This document shows, piece after piece, positions 49,097 to 61,800 of a DNA stretch of 64,000 bases; the first letter of the stretch is position 1; each line of letters opens with the position of its first letter. The stretch is from assembly GCA_907165135.1 (NCBI GenBank), contig OU015568.1:6510001-6574000 (forward strand). Reading direction: 5' to 3'. Made by a program: the position numbers and the translations under genes. The stretch is from Oikopleura dioica. Lineage: Eukaryota; Animalia; Chordata. The notes beneath the pieces are model-generated. The model was not told where the DNA came from, did not search any database, and saw only the letters and a program-made list of their open reading frames with translations.

Positions 49097-49777
49097 GTCA
49101 AGAAAAATGCCTCGCTAGCATTTTGATGTTATATTTGGAGCTTTTTGCTAAATTACCATAAAAGGAAATAATCGTACTCTTCCCTAACCAAATAACGACA
49201 ATTGTTACGTAAATGGATTGTTTTACGCGCGTTACTTTTATTGTCGATTAATCTGATGTCAAATATTATAAGGTCTTGCGAATCGTGGGTCGTCCAGCAG
49301 ACTTTTTTGATGGCCATGTCTATTTTTATATTCGCTTTTCTTCGAAGAATCGAGAGCGAAAGAATTTATGAAGAAGATTCTTTCTAGGAACCCTAGGAAT
49401 CACAGGTGCGGCCAGGATTTAGTTCACGATACTCGTGACACGATTAATTAAATGACGTTTCTTGGAGAGTTTCCGATGGAAATCTACCCCAGTAGTTTTA
49501 CAAAAGAATTTGGCGGAAGTCATAAACTCGTTTCTAACGCCCAATCTAACGAACGCGAGTACCCTTTATCCGAATCATCTTCACGCGGGCCCAACGGCCC
49601 ACTTGTTTCTTCAAATAGTCATTTTTGGCATTTGTCGTTTCAAGAAGTCGTTCGAGAAAGAGTTCACGAGTGAATAAGATAGTTTTATGTGCTTTATGTA
49701 ATATATAAAATTCAAAATTCTAACCATTACGATTCTCCTCGGTATCAGCACACTGAAATTTAACAAACTTTTTATTC

Positions 49778-51522
49778 ATGAAAACTTCAGGAGATGTACG
49801 CGAAGGCTATCTCCGAGAGAAAATCATGGGAAGACTGGACTCGCGGTATGTCAAACAGACTGACGGAATCGAAATTCATCGCGAAATCAAGGAAGAGAAA
49901 GCGCGATGCATTAGCCCAAAAGAACAACTGAAATCAAAGTATTCTTGCTGACATATGAATATACTCGCTTTGAACTGCCCTTTACCAATTTTTTGCTTAT
50001 AAATATTCGTTTTTCATTTCTACCTTTTAGAAATCAAATCAAAATGGCTGCAAATTTGCCTCCTGGTTGGAAACTGGCGCATTCCAAAAAGACCGGCCGT
50101 CCGTTTTACTACAACCCAAAGTTCAAAATCTCCGTTTGGGAGCATCCCCAATACTTTGAGCGATATGAAATCGACCGAAAAATAAAGAACACGATCGTTT
50201 TACGCAATGAAAACTACAATTTCTGCTTGGATACGAATGTGCTCATTCATCACCTGGCGTTTGTCGATTGGGTTCTTGACTTGTGCAATGAGTTGAAGAG
50301 GAGTTATGTTAATGTGCCTTACAAGGTGTGGGAGGAACTGGATAATGTTCACAAATATTCAAATAAGGAGGAGACGCGTGAACTGGCGAGAAAGGCGATG
50401 AAGGGGGTGGAGAAGTGGATGAGCCTCAAGGACTCGAAGCTTTTCATGGAGTCAAAGAGTGATTTTGATAAGGCGCGGGCTTCTATTTACATGACGATGT
50501 AAATATGACTTAGTAGCAATGTTACGTTCAACGTTAAAGCCACGTATCATTCACGCACTGATTTATGAGCCAGGTGTATCGGCCGTTTCTATTAACATTT
50601 ATATTATAAAAGAATTTGTTTAAGCAACGATATTGCGTTGTTGAAATCAAGGAAGATTAAGTTACACCAGAGTCGTGCACCGCAAAACCCACCGCTTGAC
50701 TAAGCCCTAAAAGAGAAAAAGTGATGAAAAAGACTTGTCCAATGATGAAAAGATTATGAATTTCTGCAAAGTGAAACTAGTCAGCACTCGACGGAAGCCG
50801 TTTTTCATCACCAACGATAGAAATTTAAGAGTCCGCGTGATCGCCGATGGGATCAAGTGCTGCAAGCCGGAATTCGAAGACATGCTAGAAGCGATTGCCA
50901 TAAAGACAGACAGAGAGCCTTCTACAGCAGAAGGTGTATCCAGAGAACTACCGTCGTCGACCTCGACGATTTCTGAAAGCTTGAGTGATGATGCGATGGA
51001 AGTGACAGAGTACCAGCCGCCAGATCCGAGAACAGCGTTGCCTAGGGAAATTCTAGAGCAATACTGGGACGAAGGAAAGAGAATTCTTATTTGGATACTG
51101 GTTGAAGAATTGAAGAACTTTTTTTCTTCAGCGTATCCAGGTCGAAGTGATCAGCAGTTGATTGAAATCATGAAGGAGAATCTCGGACACAAAAAATTCA
51201 ATCTTCTTTGGGGCGAGCATATTCGAATGATCGGAATTCTACGGCTATGGCATGAATACGACGAAGTTATCAAACTCGACAAGGATAATTGGACTGTTAA
51301 CAAATATCATGAGTAAGTTATTCAATCCCATGTACCATTTTCATAGAATTTAGAAACGCAAACCGCCTTTTGGATTTTGTCCAAAAAACTGCAAGCGTCG
51401 AAGATGAGCTCGATCTCGACGACCAAAGCTGGATCGACAATCTCTGCGGGATAGCTGAAGTTTTCAAGCATCATCAAGCTGTAGATAATTTTCTCAAAAA
51501 AATCGACGCCCAGTTTTCCTAG
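49778..51522 (+). CDS. SWT1: SWT1-like PIN-domain ribonuclease with an N-terminal WW domain; start uncertain
   Basis: WW LPPGWKLAHSKKTGRPFYYN...SVWEHP; PIN LDTNVLIHH, VPYKVWEELD, SNDEKIMNFC, FITNDRNLRVR. Confidence 0.75.
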
Positions 51523-51661
51523 TTTGAAAACTCTTCATTTACTTATTTTTTCACTTATTCACCTTTTTGCTTCTTGATTCCCAACCTCGTTCACTTCTTC
51601 TTTTCTGTCACTCTTCAAGAACATCAATTCACAGCTTCTCTGATGGATAAACTTTCAGAAG

Positions 51662-52219
51662 ATGTCATACTATGATCGGGAAGCCTGGTTGCGAAATCTT
51701 CAATTAAAAGAAGGCGCGGTCGTTCCTGGAAAATTTCCAGTTGGATTATGTTTCTTCAACAAGTAAAATTGACCATGTTTTCGTTTGAAACTAACTTCGG
51801 TTGAGGTGCCGCCGTATTCGTCCCTATCTACCAGCCTTCATGGCCAAGACCGGCAAAATCGCCTGCCTAGCATGCGGCAATGGGCCAGGTTCGTATGCCA
51901 GTCAAACTGGAATCGTCCCATTCCACGATGATGAATGGGAAGTCAACCACGGTCCGACTACGATCAAGCCGCCGACGATCGAAGATCTCCACGACAACGA
52001 GATATCCAACGTTACTTCATACCCACCACTGGTAAGATCAAACTCAAGTCGATTTTCAATTAACATACTTTCAAGGGAGTCGTAAATGACGACGATGTTT
52101 TCTCTCACACCTCTCTCGGCTCAGAGGTCAACGATAAAGTTGCTGAGAACTCTCATCGATCTCGTCTCAACACTGAAGATGACGACAACATCATGGAACA
52201 AGACTCAGCCCAGAGCTAA
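51662..52219 (+). CDS. Uncharacterised protein of about 158 aa with a C-x4-C-x17-C-x2-C motif and an acidic tail
   Basis: Three exons joined by short GT-AG introns: ...GLCFFNK|CRRIRPYLPAFMAKTGKIACLACGNG...YPPL|GVVNDDDVF... Confidence 0.5.
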
Positions 52220-53162
52220 AGACGAATCCTCTTCCTTTTTCTTTTCTCGCTCATTTCCGTTTTTCGCTCTCAGAGACTGGATGATGCTTTACTGTTCAGT
52301 CTGATAATCAGCTGTCTTAATTTGATTCCTTGAACAACCAACTGTTCCCTGTGATGAATGATCATCACAGGTTGTGATGAGGCTGCATCCAATTACCAGA
52401 GTGTTCATTCTTTATTGAAAATTTTGAGTTTCTTACACTTAGCAACATATTCCATGTATTTTTATACAGCCTTAACATTCATATTATTTATTGAAAAGAT
52501 ACTTGTGTTTTCTCCTTCTCTAACTAAACCTCTCCATTGAAAATATCTGACAGATACAACCTAAAATAAAATTCCAACTTGAAACTCGACACTTGTCTTA
52601 CTTTCTAAAGCTTTGGAGCACCAACTTCAACGGCGCGTTTTCGCATCGCACAAGGCCAAAAACGACACCTTGGTCTTATCCTCTCATCTCGTTTGACGGC
52701 GAAAAAACTATTGTTTTTCGGTTTTCGATCTCAGCCGAGCATTTTGAAAATGATTCTTGCATAAGGTCGCGATAGTTCGTCATAGCAACTTTCGCAGGAA
52801 AATGAGCATTACCGGCTGAAAGTATGTTCTGTTAGAAGCTGCATAAAAACAGATCCAAGGAAGTGGAGATTGAAGGTCAAAAGAAAACGTGAATTAAAAC
52901 CGCGGCCGAGCAGCGCGACATGTCCCCGCAGTCAGCAACGTGGCATTTAAGTGTTATGATTTTAAAAGGTTCGACAGGATTTAGTCGTGTTACTTTTTCG
53001 AGCATGGAACATCGATGCAGCGTGTAGTTGGTTACTGGATATTTGACCAAATGTTTAAAAACGATCTCATAGAAACGTAATAGCTTCTTATTCCACCTAT
53101 TTCAACATCTTTCATATAGAAAATTAACCCAGAAGCGGCTGTTGTCCATTTCTTTGGTCGTT

Positions 53163-53290
53163 GAATGAAAAGCCGCGTAGCGGCTTCTTTGAAAACTTAG
53201 CCGCTAAGAGGCTTAGCCAAAATTTTCTTCTCAATCTTCGTTTCAATGTTTTTATAACCCTATCCCTGAGTCAGGGACTCTGACCCTGTT
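53163..53290 (-). mobile_element. Copy of the CCTGAGTCAGG / AAGCCGC-hairpin MITE family
   Basis: The reverse complement aligns with 60560-60672 (gattgag...aattttggc-aagcc...gcggct...aagccgc...gcggctttt). Confidence 0.6.
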
Positions 53291-53444
53291 TAAAGGTTTT
53301 CAAGGAGAGCATCTTCAGATTTCAGTTTCTTTTAAATTCTCTAGAATCAATGTTGACCAACCCTTTTTTGAAAGAAACGAGTTCAGTTCGAAAAGGACCG
53401 TTTCAAATTTCACAAAAGAGGCTTTAAACTTTTCAACTTGCAGA

Positions 53445-55228
53445 ATGGACGCGATGCACATGCAGCAACAGATGCTGGAGAAGCAGCTACTCAAAGCGGC
53501 AGAAATGATGGAGGAGCAGATCGACTCCGAAATGAAGAAGATGGACGAGCTCGACGACGACGACATTGAATCGCTCAGACAGAAGCGACTCAAGGCCATG
53601 CAGAGGGCACATGCGGCGAAGCAAGTAAGTATTGTAATTTTCAGCTGGCTTTTCGGATCCGCGCAGCCGCAAATTCTAAAAATTCTAATTCAAATTCTCT
53701 TTGAGAGTTTTCGCGGTTAAAAGAGGAATATCATTTTCCGACCTTCTCTGAGTTCAAATAGAATTGATCGAAAAATGACTGCTTTAGGAGTTCATCGCCA
53801 AAGGTCACGGAGGATACGACGAGCTTCCCTCAGAAAAAGACTTTTTCGACAAGATTAAAAACTGCAAACGCGCTGTCGTGCATTTCTACCGGCCAACAAC
53901 TCTCCGCTGCGAGATATTCGGTAAGAGAACTCTACATACAGACCGTGTTTATTTTACTCCTTTGTAGATAAGCACCTGGCACTGCTGGCGCCGAAGCACG
54001 TTGAAACGCGATTTGTGAAGCTCAATGCCGAGAAGTGCCCCTTTTTGTGCGAGAGACTCAACATCCGCGTCATTCCAACTCTCCTGCTCATCGTTGACGG
54101 CAAAACACAGGTATTGTCATTTTCTGCCGTTAGAAAACACGCGACGCAGACCGCGGTATTCCTTTTCCAAAATTGATAACCAGTGATAAGGCGATTACTT
54201 TAATTGGAGGGGTGAAATGGGGACGGCCTGATAGAGGAAGTCGAAACTCTAGTCTGATTTTATAATAACAATAATGAAACTAAATTGGAATATTCAACTT
54301 TTTTTCAAGATTTATTTATGAAATAAATTTTTCGAGAAATTTCTTCCTCCAGAAAAGCAAGCTTCAGAACTGGAACTTGTTTCATTATATATAAAACGAA
54401 ATCATATTTTATGAATGATCTTCTATAAAAGCTTCTGCTTATATGCTCTTATTTGCCGAAAGGGGGCGCAACTTGCATGAGAAATTCTCGGTGGGGAACT
54501 CAGAAAATCGCGGTACCCCGGTGAGTTACTAAAGATTTTTCGAGATAAGCAGATGTTGATCAAAATTTAACCATCTCTTATCGATATAAGTTTATTTTCA
54601 AATACTAAAAGAAAGGGTTTATTTGCATAATTTTGAAACGTCAAAACGAATTCCGAGACTGAGGCAGCTTGGGCAACTGCGGTAGCAAAGCAGGCCAGTA
54701 AGAATGAAAACATAAACGCGGCCTCTGTTTTTCTAAACTCAGACCGTCAATCTGCCACAAGAGTCCACTCCTAGAAAGGAGCTTTAGTAAACTTGGCCGC
54801 CAAGCAATAATTTCAGCCCTCTTATTTTCAGGGTCGCTTAAATTTGCATTTGATCGTTGCTGACAATGCTAATTACGATATTTTTAGGAAAAAGTGGTCG
54901 GCTTTGATCAATTAGGCGGTCACGACAATTTCAGCACGGAGATGCTAGAATGGCGCCTCGGCGTTTCTAAAGCGATTAACTACCGTGGCGACATATCCCA
55001 GCCACCAGGTAAGCACACCACTGGCGATTATGAAATAGCGCGTTCAGAGAATTCGGCATTTAGTACTCTTCTAAATTTAACGCCAAATTCCATCCAAGGC
55101 AACATTCGTTCATCAACCCCTTCTTTTCAGAGGACAACGCGCCCGTAAAGAAGAAAATCCTCGGCCGACGAATTCGCTCCAACGATGATCCAGACACTGA
55201 CGAAGAATTATTCGGCGACGATAATTAA
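53445..55228 (+). CDS. TXNDC9: Thioredoxin domain-containing protein 9 (phosducin-like protein 3)
   Basis: [73 protein letters not shown]. Confidence 0.93.
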
Positions 55229-55890
55229 TATCTTCCTAACCCACTGTAGCCTTGCTTGTAGCCTGTTTGCATGTTCACTCGTTTTTACACTTCACATTTC
55301 TTAGAAGAATCTTCTATCCGTATATTTATCGTAACCTCACTTTTTTTACGAACTTCACATTCCAAATTTCAAAAAACAAAAAGAAAGAAAATACATGTAT
55401 CAATCCTTTTTCAACCCTTGTTCGTTCGATTTACAGTTGTAATTTCTGGGAATTATGAATTTGAGGCGTAAAAAAGGGAGTTCACCGGCGCATAGCGTAA
55501 TCGTGTAATCGCGCGTTCAGGTGAGCATTTTTTCCCTTATTGAGCCGAAATTCCAGGGTCAGTTTCAGTTTTTTCTTCAGAAGAGCGGTGTGAGGGGAAA
55601 GTTGTAGAGAAATCCTACTTGACTTAATGATAAGTGAATCGAACCCGTTTCCTCTCTTCTCAAGCTAATTTGGTGATTAGAGAAAGTCGACTACGGTAAT
55701 TTGAAGCTCTTGGAAGTTCACCTGGTCGGGTTCTTGCGGCTCAAGTATTAGCCGATCAAGCTGAATCAAGGCCACTTTCTATCGAGGACCGAGGCACTTA
55801 TGCCGGTTTTTCCACCGAGTAGACGCAGCTTTTTCTTGATTGAGAATAGTCAAATATCATTCATTTCGTTGAACCTTTCTTCTTTTGAAG

Positions 55891-58800
55891 ATGTCGAAAT
55901 TCGGACGAACGGGTCGGTCGTGGAACCGGTCATGGCCGCACTGGCTGGTGCTACTCTCGGTGGCGATTATGTACTACACCGCCTGGGCGCAGTCCCTCAA
56001 GATGCTTTCTGCGAAGAGTAACCCAATCGTGTTGGCACTCAGCAGGGGATTTTAGAGCGGCCCCGGCTCCATTCTTCTATTCGCCAGGTTCCATGAATTG
56101 GAATGTCGATTTTGAGTAACTAAAGGAGACATTCTCTAGTCTAGACTAATTCATCAAAATTGCACCCATTTTCCTCCAATAAGATTTCGCCCTTTCATCC
56201 TTCTAGCCAATAAGAACCGCTTAAAATCCCACTCTACAGCGACTATTCTGGACTTTCTGTAACAGCTTCTTACTACCTCCTCATCGATTTGGCCTGCACT
56301 GGTGTTATTTTTTGCTTTAGGTAAGAAAAACCAATCTTGAAGAAATTGGAGAAAGTGCTAGAAAACAAAAAGAAACGCGTGTAAAAATGCATGTCTGGTG
56401 TAGAACACAGCTTTGGCACATTCTGACATGCATAAGCACGTGAACTTAATGACGGTTATCAGAATTACCATTCATTTTGCTAACCACAACCAATAATAAT
56501 TTCAACGAGTAGAAAGGGAGAGGATGAATGAAAATGACATTCTCGGGACCAAATTCTGACCCCCATGTTTCTTGTGCTTTTCTGAAAGCCCGTGATCTGG
56601 CGAGTCGAATGGTATAGGTAAGAGGTCTTAGTCATCGATAATGACGTCATAGGGCCACTGTGATTGGTTGAAACCGACCGGGACCCGTAACTTTTAAGTT
56701 TGTCTATAAAAATATATTGATTTTGGGCTCATTTTAAAGAGCAGCTCGAGATCTATTTGCGGAGCCTATGTAGGTCAAAAAGTTCCCAGGGAAAAAAATT
56801 CTAGAGCCACCTAACCACGTGGTGAAAAATTGAAAACCGGTTGGTTCACCGAGATTTTTAGATCCGCAAATAGATTTCGAGCTGCTCTTTTTAATGAGCC
56901 CAGAATCAGTATATTTTTATAAACAAACTTAAAAGTTACGGGTCCCGGTCGGTTTACCCCATATCCCTCTTCAATCACCCAGAATGACGTCATTATCTAT
57001 GACTCAGACCCCAAAAAATACACCATTCGACTCCTTAGATCACGGGCTTTCTAATAAGCATGAGAAACTTGGGGGTTAGGATTTTGCCCCGAGAATGTGA
57101 TTTTACTTCATCGTGACTCACCTCGAAAAAAGGTATTTACTGTAATTATCACTTTTCTCTCAGTGACACTGTAATTATTCTTTTTCTCATCACTTTCTCC
57201 TCCTTGAAGTTAATACTGATTGTTGTTTCTTATTGAATGAATGATTGATTTTAGTTACTGTCATTAATTACGTGATTAATTACTCTAGCGCGGCGTGAGC
57301 TACTAACTCCACAGCGTAGCGAGACGTCCTAAATTTTAACCCGCGCGTGTCGCGCTCTTCGATTTATCGACGTGGAAAATAGCGTCTCATAATTGGACGG
57401 GTTCGCGCGTCCCCACGCGCTCCGCCTTGCCGACGGACTGTTAAAATTTTTCTCTCTTTCTTTCCATCGACAGATCGACTTCTTTCTATAGCGAGAATTC
57501 AAGAGCAGTCAAGAATAAGCAGGAGAGAGTGTGAGACCATGAATACCGCGCTGTCGGTCAAATGGTATTGTCTGGAACATGCAGGAGAGGGTTAAAAATG
57601 CGACTCACGCAATTCATGTTGATCTGGGTTCAAAGACCTGCGTTGAAAACCTGAGTCAGGATTCAACTCACGTTTTCTACACAGGCTGAAGAATCCAGAT
57701 GTTTAATTTGACCTTGAATTGACCCCAAAAACAGATCCTACCGGCCCGATTCCTTCCATCCGCTCAATCTACATTGACCGAGGCGAGTGTCTTGCCCAAC
57801 CTATTGGCGCCACAATCAACAACGGTACTCGACCAGGCCAACTCGTTGCCAGCTCCGCCATGGGTTTGACCATCTTCGACTTGTTTCGCGAAATTATGTC
57901 GGAGAAAGATTTGAAGTATTTCCTCCTGAGTCACGGAATAACGGATCATTTTGATGGAAACTCGTTGGCGCTGCGTTCTATGCTCTTGTTGATGGATTTA
58001 TCCGGCATTTTGCGGCTCGATTTGACGGAGAAAAATGCGGAAGAAGACGCAATCGAAGAGGTCGTAAATGAAGACGCACATGCGGTGCTGATGGAAGAAG
58101 ACATCAAGCAGGAATTCATCTCTAATTCAGATGGCGAGGCGAGCAGCCACACCTTTGACTCGTCCGCAATCTCCGACGACATATCAAATGAAAACTTGCA
58201 TTCCACGACGATAGGCAAGCGGTTAATGATCTTCGGAGCGCGCTAGTTTTTCTAGGAGCGAGTTTTCAAGTAGTAACCGCGCTATTTCGCAAATACGGAG
58301 TATTCCTGCCGATGATCTTCAAGGTTCCCGAAAGGTCAAACAAAACACCGCTTTTACATAGTACCGAGATGTACTGCGGTTACCTAAATTCAGTTCTCAG
58401 GACTAAGACTTCAATTCTTCAAAGTCCGGAAAACGACCTTTTTCTTCAGATTTTTTGGACAATTTAGACGCTTTATTGTAGAAAATTGCGAAATTCAGAG
58501 CGAGATAGAAGCAAGTATAGTAATAATATTTATCCCGAAACCGTAAATACAGGCAAGCTTTTCCGACAATGCAAAGCGTCACGATGCGGTTGCAATACTG
58601 TGTTCCCGACGATCAAGGATAAAAGAGACCATTATATCAAGAACGGTACGTTCCCTTGCAAGCGTTGTGATTATAAGGTACTGGGTTTCTATAAACACGG
58701 AGTAGCTGCTCCTGATTTTTGAGAGCGCGGCGAAATTAGATGTAATTTGGAGGAAAAAAGGGGACTTCCGTCCAAAGGTCATGTGGTTTTTTTTTCTCAA

Positions 58801-61800
58801 GTCTCAATATTCTAATGTGATATCATCGGTGACTATTACGGCGCCGCGGGTTTCTAGCGGCAAAATTTCTTCGGTAGACTTTTTCTTAGTCTGTCTCAAC
58901 ATCTGTAATTTGCCATTAACATGATTTCAAGGGGCGCGGCTTTCGACAAGAATAATTCTAGTGCAATAATCGCGTAATTTTTAACGAACTGGGTTAGATC
59001 CGAAACCCGAAATATTCACCTTGTAGCCTCTACTTACTCCCTGCTCTTGACGAATTGAGTCTGCTTGCTCTAACCCAAAATTATCGCATTCTCGTTAAAA
59101 TAACCCAATTAGTCACTAGCACTTCGTATTGCCCTTCATTTTTCGACTTTTGCCTTTTCCAAAAATAGTGCATTCCTCCGAAATTAGAAATCCAAACTGA
59201 AAAGGCTTGGAGCGAGAAGAATCTTCGCGATCATCGCCAAACTGAGCACCGAGTCATCGTCGAAACTCCAACTCGCTATCCCTGTCGATTGAGCAAGACT
59301 GGCTGCTACGATGTCTTCCAAACCGCGCGAGATCGAAACGAGCACGAAGAAATGGTAAAACACTATCAATGCGAGCCCTGTGGCCTTCGTTTTCACAAGC
59401 TGACAGGACCGTGGATATATTTTGATTGAAAAAATGGTCGGATGCTTGTTGATATCTCCATCAGCACCATTAAAAAACGGTGTTGTGATAACAGATCGCT
59501 CCCGCGATCGTTCGTATTACGAAAGATTCGAAAATTTATAGAATTTGTGGTGATAATATACAGTAGATTTGCGGCCGAGAGAGGTTAATTCCTCGTGCGA
59601 TTATTGAAAGCAACATATACAAGTCCGTCCTTTTCATTTTGAACTCAAATGAAACCGTTAATTAACATAATATTCTGCGTCGAGTTTCACCCTTATTTTT
59701 GGGATGAATTCCAATGGTTACTATAGTAAGAATTTGGCGATGTTATTGCTGAAAACCAAGAAGTCACTTGCGGCTCGAGTGAGAGAAGACTTAAGCCGCG
59801 CATAGCGCGGCTTCTCTGCCTTTTCTCGCTCAAAGCCGCAAGCGGCTTCTTGATTTTCAACAATAGCATCATCATATTCTTACTATAGTAACCATTGGAA
59901 TTCGACCCAAAATTAGTCAGTCTGGAATCAGACTCGCAGTGTTTCAATGTTCATAAAATATCCGCGATACAGAAAGAAACGCACACCAGAAAAACGACGT
60001 TGACTGTAAATCCTACATCTGCCCATTTTGCGATAAAGTGTGGCCACTTGAACAGCGCGGCGACCGCCAAAAAATGAAAACGCACATGTTGAGCTGCGAG
60101 AATCCGCGGAATTTCGTGTGCGATGTCTGCGGACAAGGCTACAATACAAAGCGCCATTTAAAAGGTAGTGATTATGCCTGCCAAATATTCGTTCAGCGAG
60201 GGTAATCGCTTCGTTCGCTCGTCTTTCTCCAGCCTTGTCATTAACCTTCCCGGAATGCATGTTTGAATTCAACAAAATCCACAAATCTAATCACTTTTTC
60301 TTCCTTATTTTTCGAAAGAGCTCAAGTCCGCTTTTAGAAGCAAGGGTAGCTCTTGTTTCTAATTGCCACTTTTCTGCTTCAAACTTCTAATTTGATCGAT
60401 GGCAAGCACTTGAACGGACCTACTCCTTGGAGGATTACGGTTGAGCACTAATTAAGCTATCTCCGGGTTTATCGGTTGATAAGGTACTCGCTTGTTACTG
60501 GCACTATGTGCTTCTTTATCATAATTATGAAAAACATAGGCGCGTAAGGATTTAACTTAAGTTGATTGAGATGGTAATTTTGGCGAAGCCGCTTCGCGGC
60601 TACGTTTTTGTACAAGCCGCAACGCGGCTTTTTATTGAAGCTCTTTCACAACCCTGACTCAGGTCTTTACACTGGTTTCTGTGTCGTAGAATTTCGTTTT
60701 GAAAGTTGGCTAAAGAAATCTAGAGCACCTGTCAGTCCACAGTGACGAAGCTCAACGACGTCGCGATAAGGCCCGCGCCTCGCGATTGGAACTTGGACAA
60801 GGGCTCGCATTCATTCCAATAGTAACTCCCTAATTTTCTAGCGCACATGCAACTTCACACTGAAGAGGGCCAAAAGCGCCGCGAAGAGACCCACGCCAAG
60901 CTTCTAGCACATGGGCAAGGGGCTCCGCATTCATTCTTTTTTTCGCCTCTCGGTTCCACTTATTTCTAGTGCTTGAGATATTCGCCAGCACCATCATCAA
61001 ACAAATAGTCAAAATAGCGACCAAATAGATCCTTGTCAAAATGTAGGTCAACCCTTTTCTTTCCCAAAGCTGGTCAAGGGTCGAATTTGTCAATGGAATC
61101 AATCAGTAGAAGAATTCAGAGTGAATTCCAGCGCTGAATTCTTCCATTTCTTCTCTCCCATTTTTCGAAAATAAAAATGAATGCGCAAAAAGTGAACTTC
61201 GGCGGAAAAATCCAAGACGATTTCCCTGCACGATGTGCGATAGAAATTATACTACGAATCAAAAGGTAAGTGCCGGATTGAATAGTTTCTATATCGCTTT
61301 TTTCTCTCTCTCATTTTTTTATCGAAACACAATCAGCGGTCGACATATTTTCACGTGTTTGGCGGTCAAGTAGCGCGCGTATTCTAAATGTCGACTAACG
61401 TGCACGTGGTTCTTGAGCTGGAGACTGTTTTTATCGCTGGTTCATTTTTTGGGTTAGACACAAGTCTTGCCCAAATCCATTTTTTACATTAGAATCTAAA
61501 TTTTAAGCGAAAAAAGATTCATTCTCATTCAATTTTAAAGCGATTTAAAAGCCACGTGACATAACATACGTGACCTCAATTGACCTCTCGTGACCCCAGA
61601 TGACCTCAAGTCCTTTTTTAGCTTCGATTTCACATGACGAGCGCCCACGGCATCGGAGAGAAGCTGGAATGCCCACTCTGTCCACGAAAACTGATGACAC
61701 CGAACAACCTCTCCGGCCATTTGAAAACCGTCCATGGTCGCGAAAAAGTCACGAACAAATGCTTCCTCTGCCACACGGAACATCCCACCAAAGTAAAGGC

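Noticed and set aside
50540-50700. RIIHALIYEP...NDIALLK, resembling a trypsin fragment, in a SWT1 intron
   Set aside because: No His or Ser catalytic motifs and an early stop. At most a decayed fragment, possibly coincidence.
52240-52900. Possible minus-strand exons convergent with the C4 orphan
   Set aside because: Short frames with no homology that I can recognise.
55465-55530. gcgcatagcgtaatcg, superficially like a tRNA D-arm
   Set aside because: No T-loop (GTTCRA) and no acceptor-stem pairing found.
57737-58030. Possible BTB domain at the N-terminus of the nested zinc-finger gene
   Set aside because: Only a vague helical pattern, with no HR/VLA motif. It needs an HMM search.
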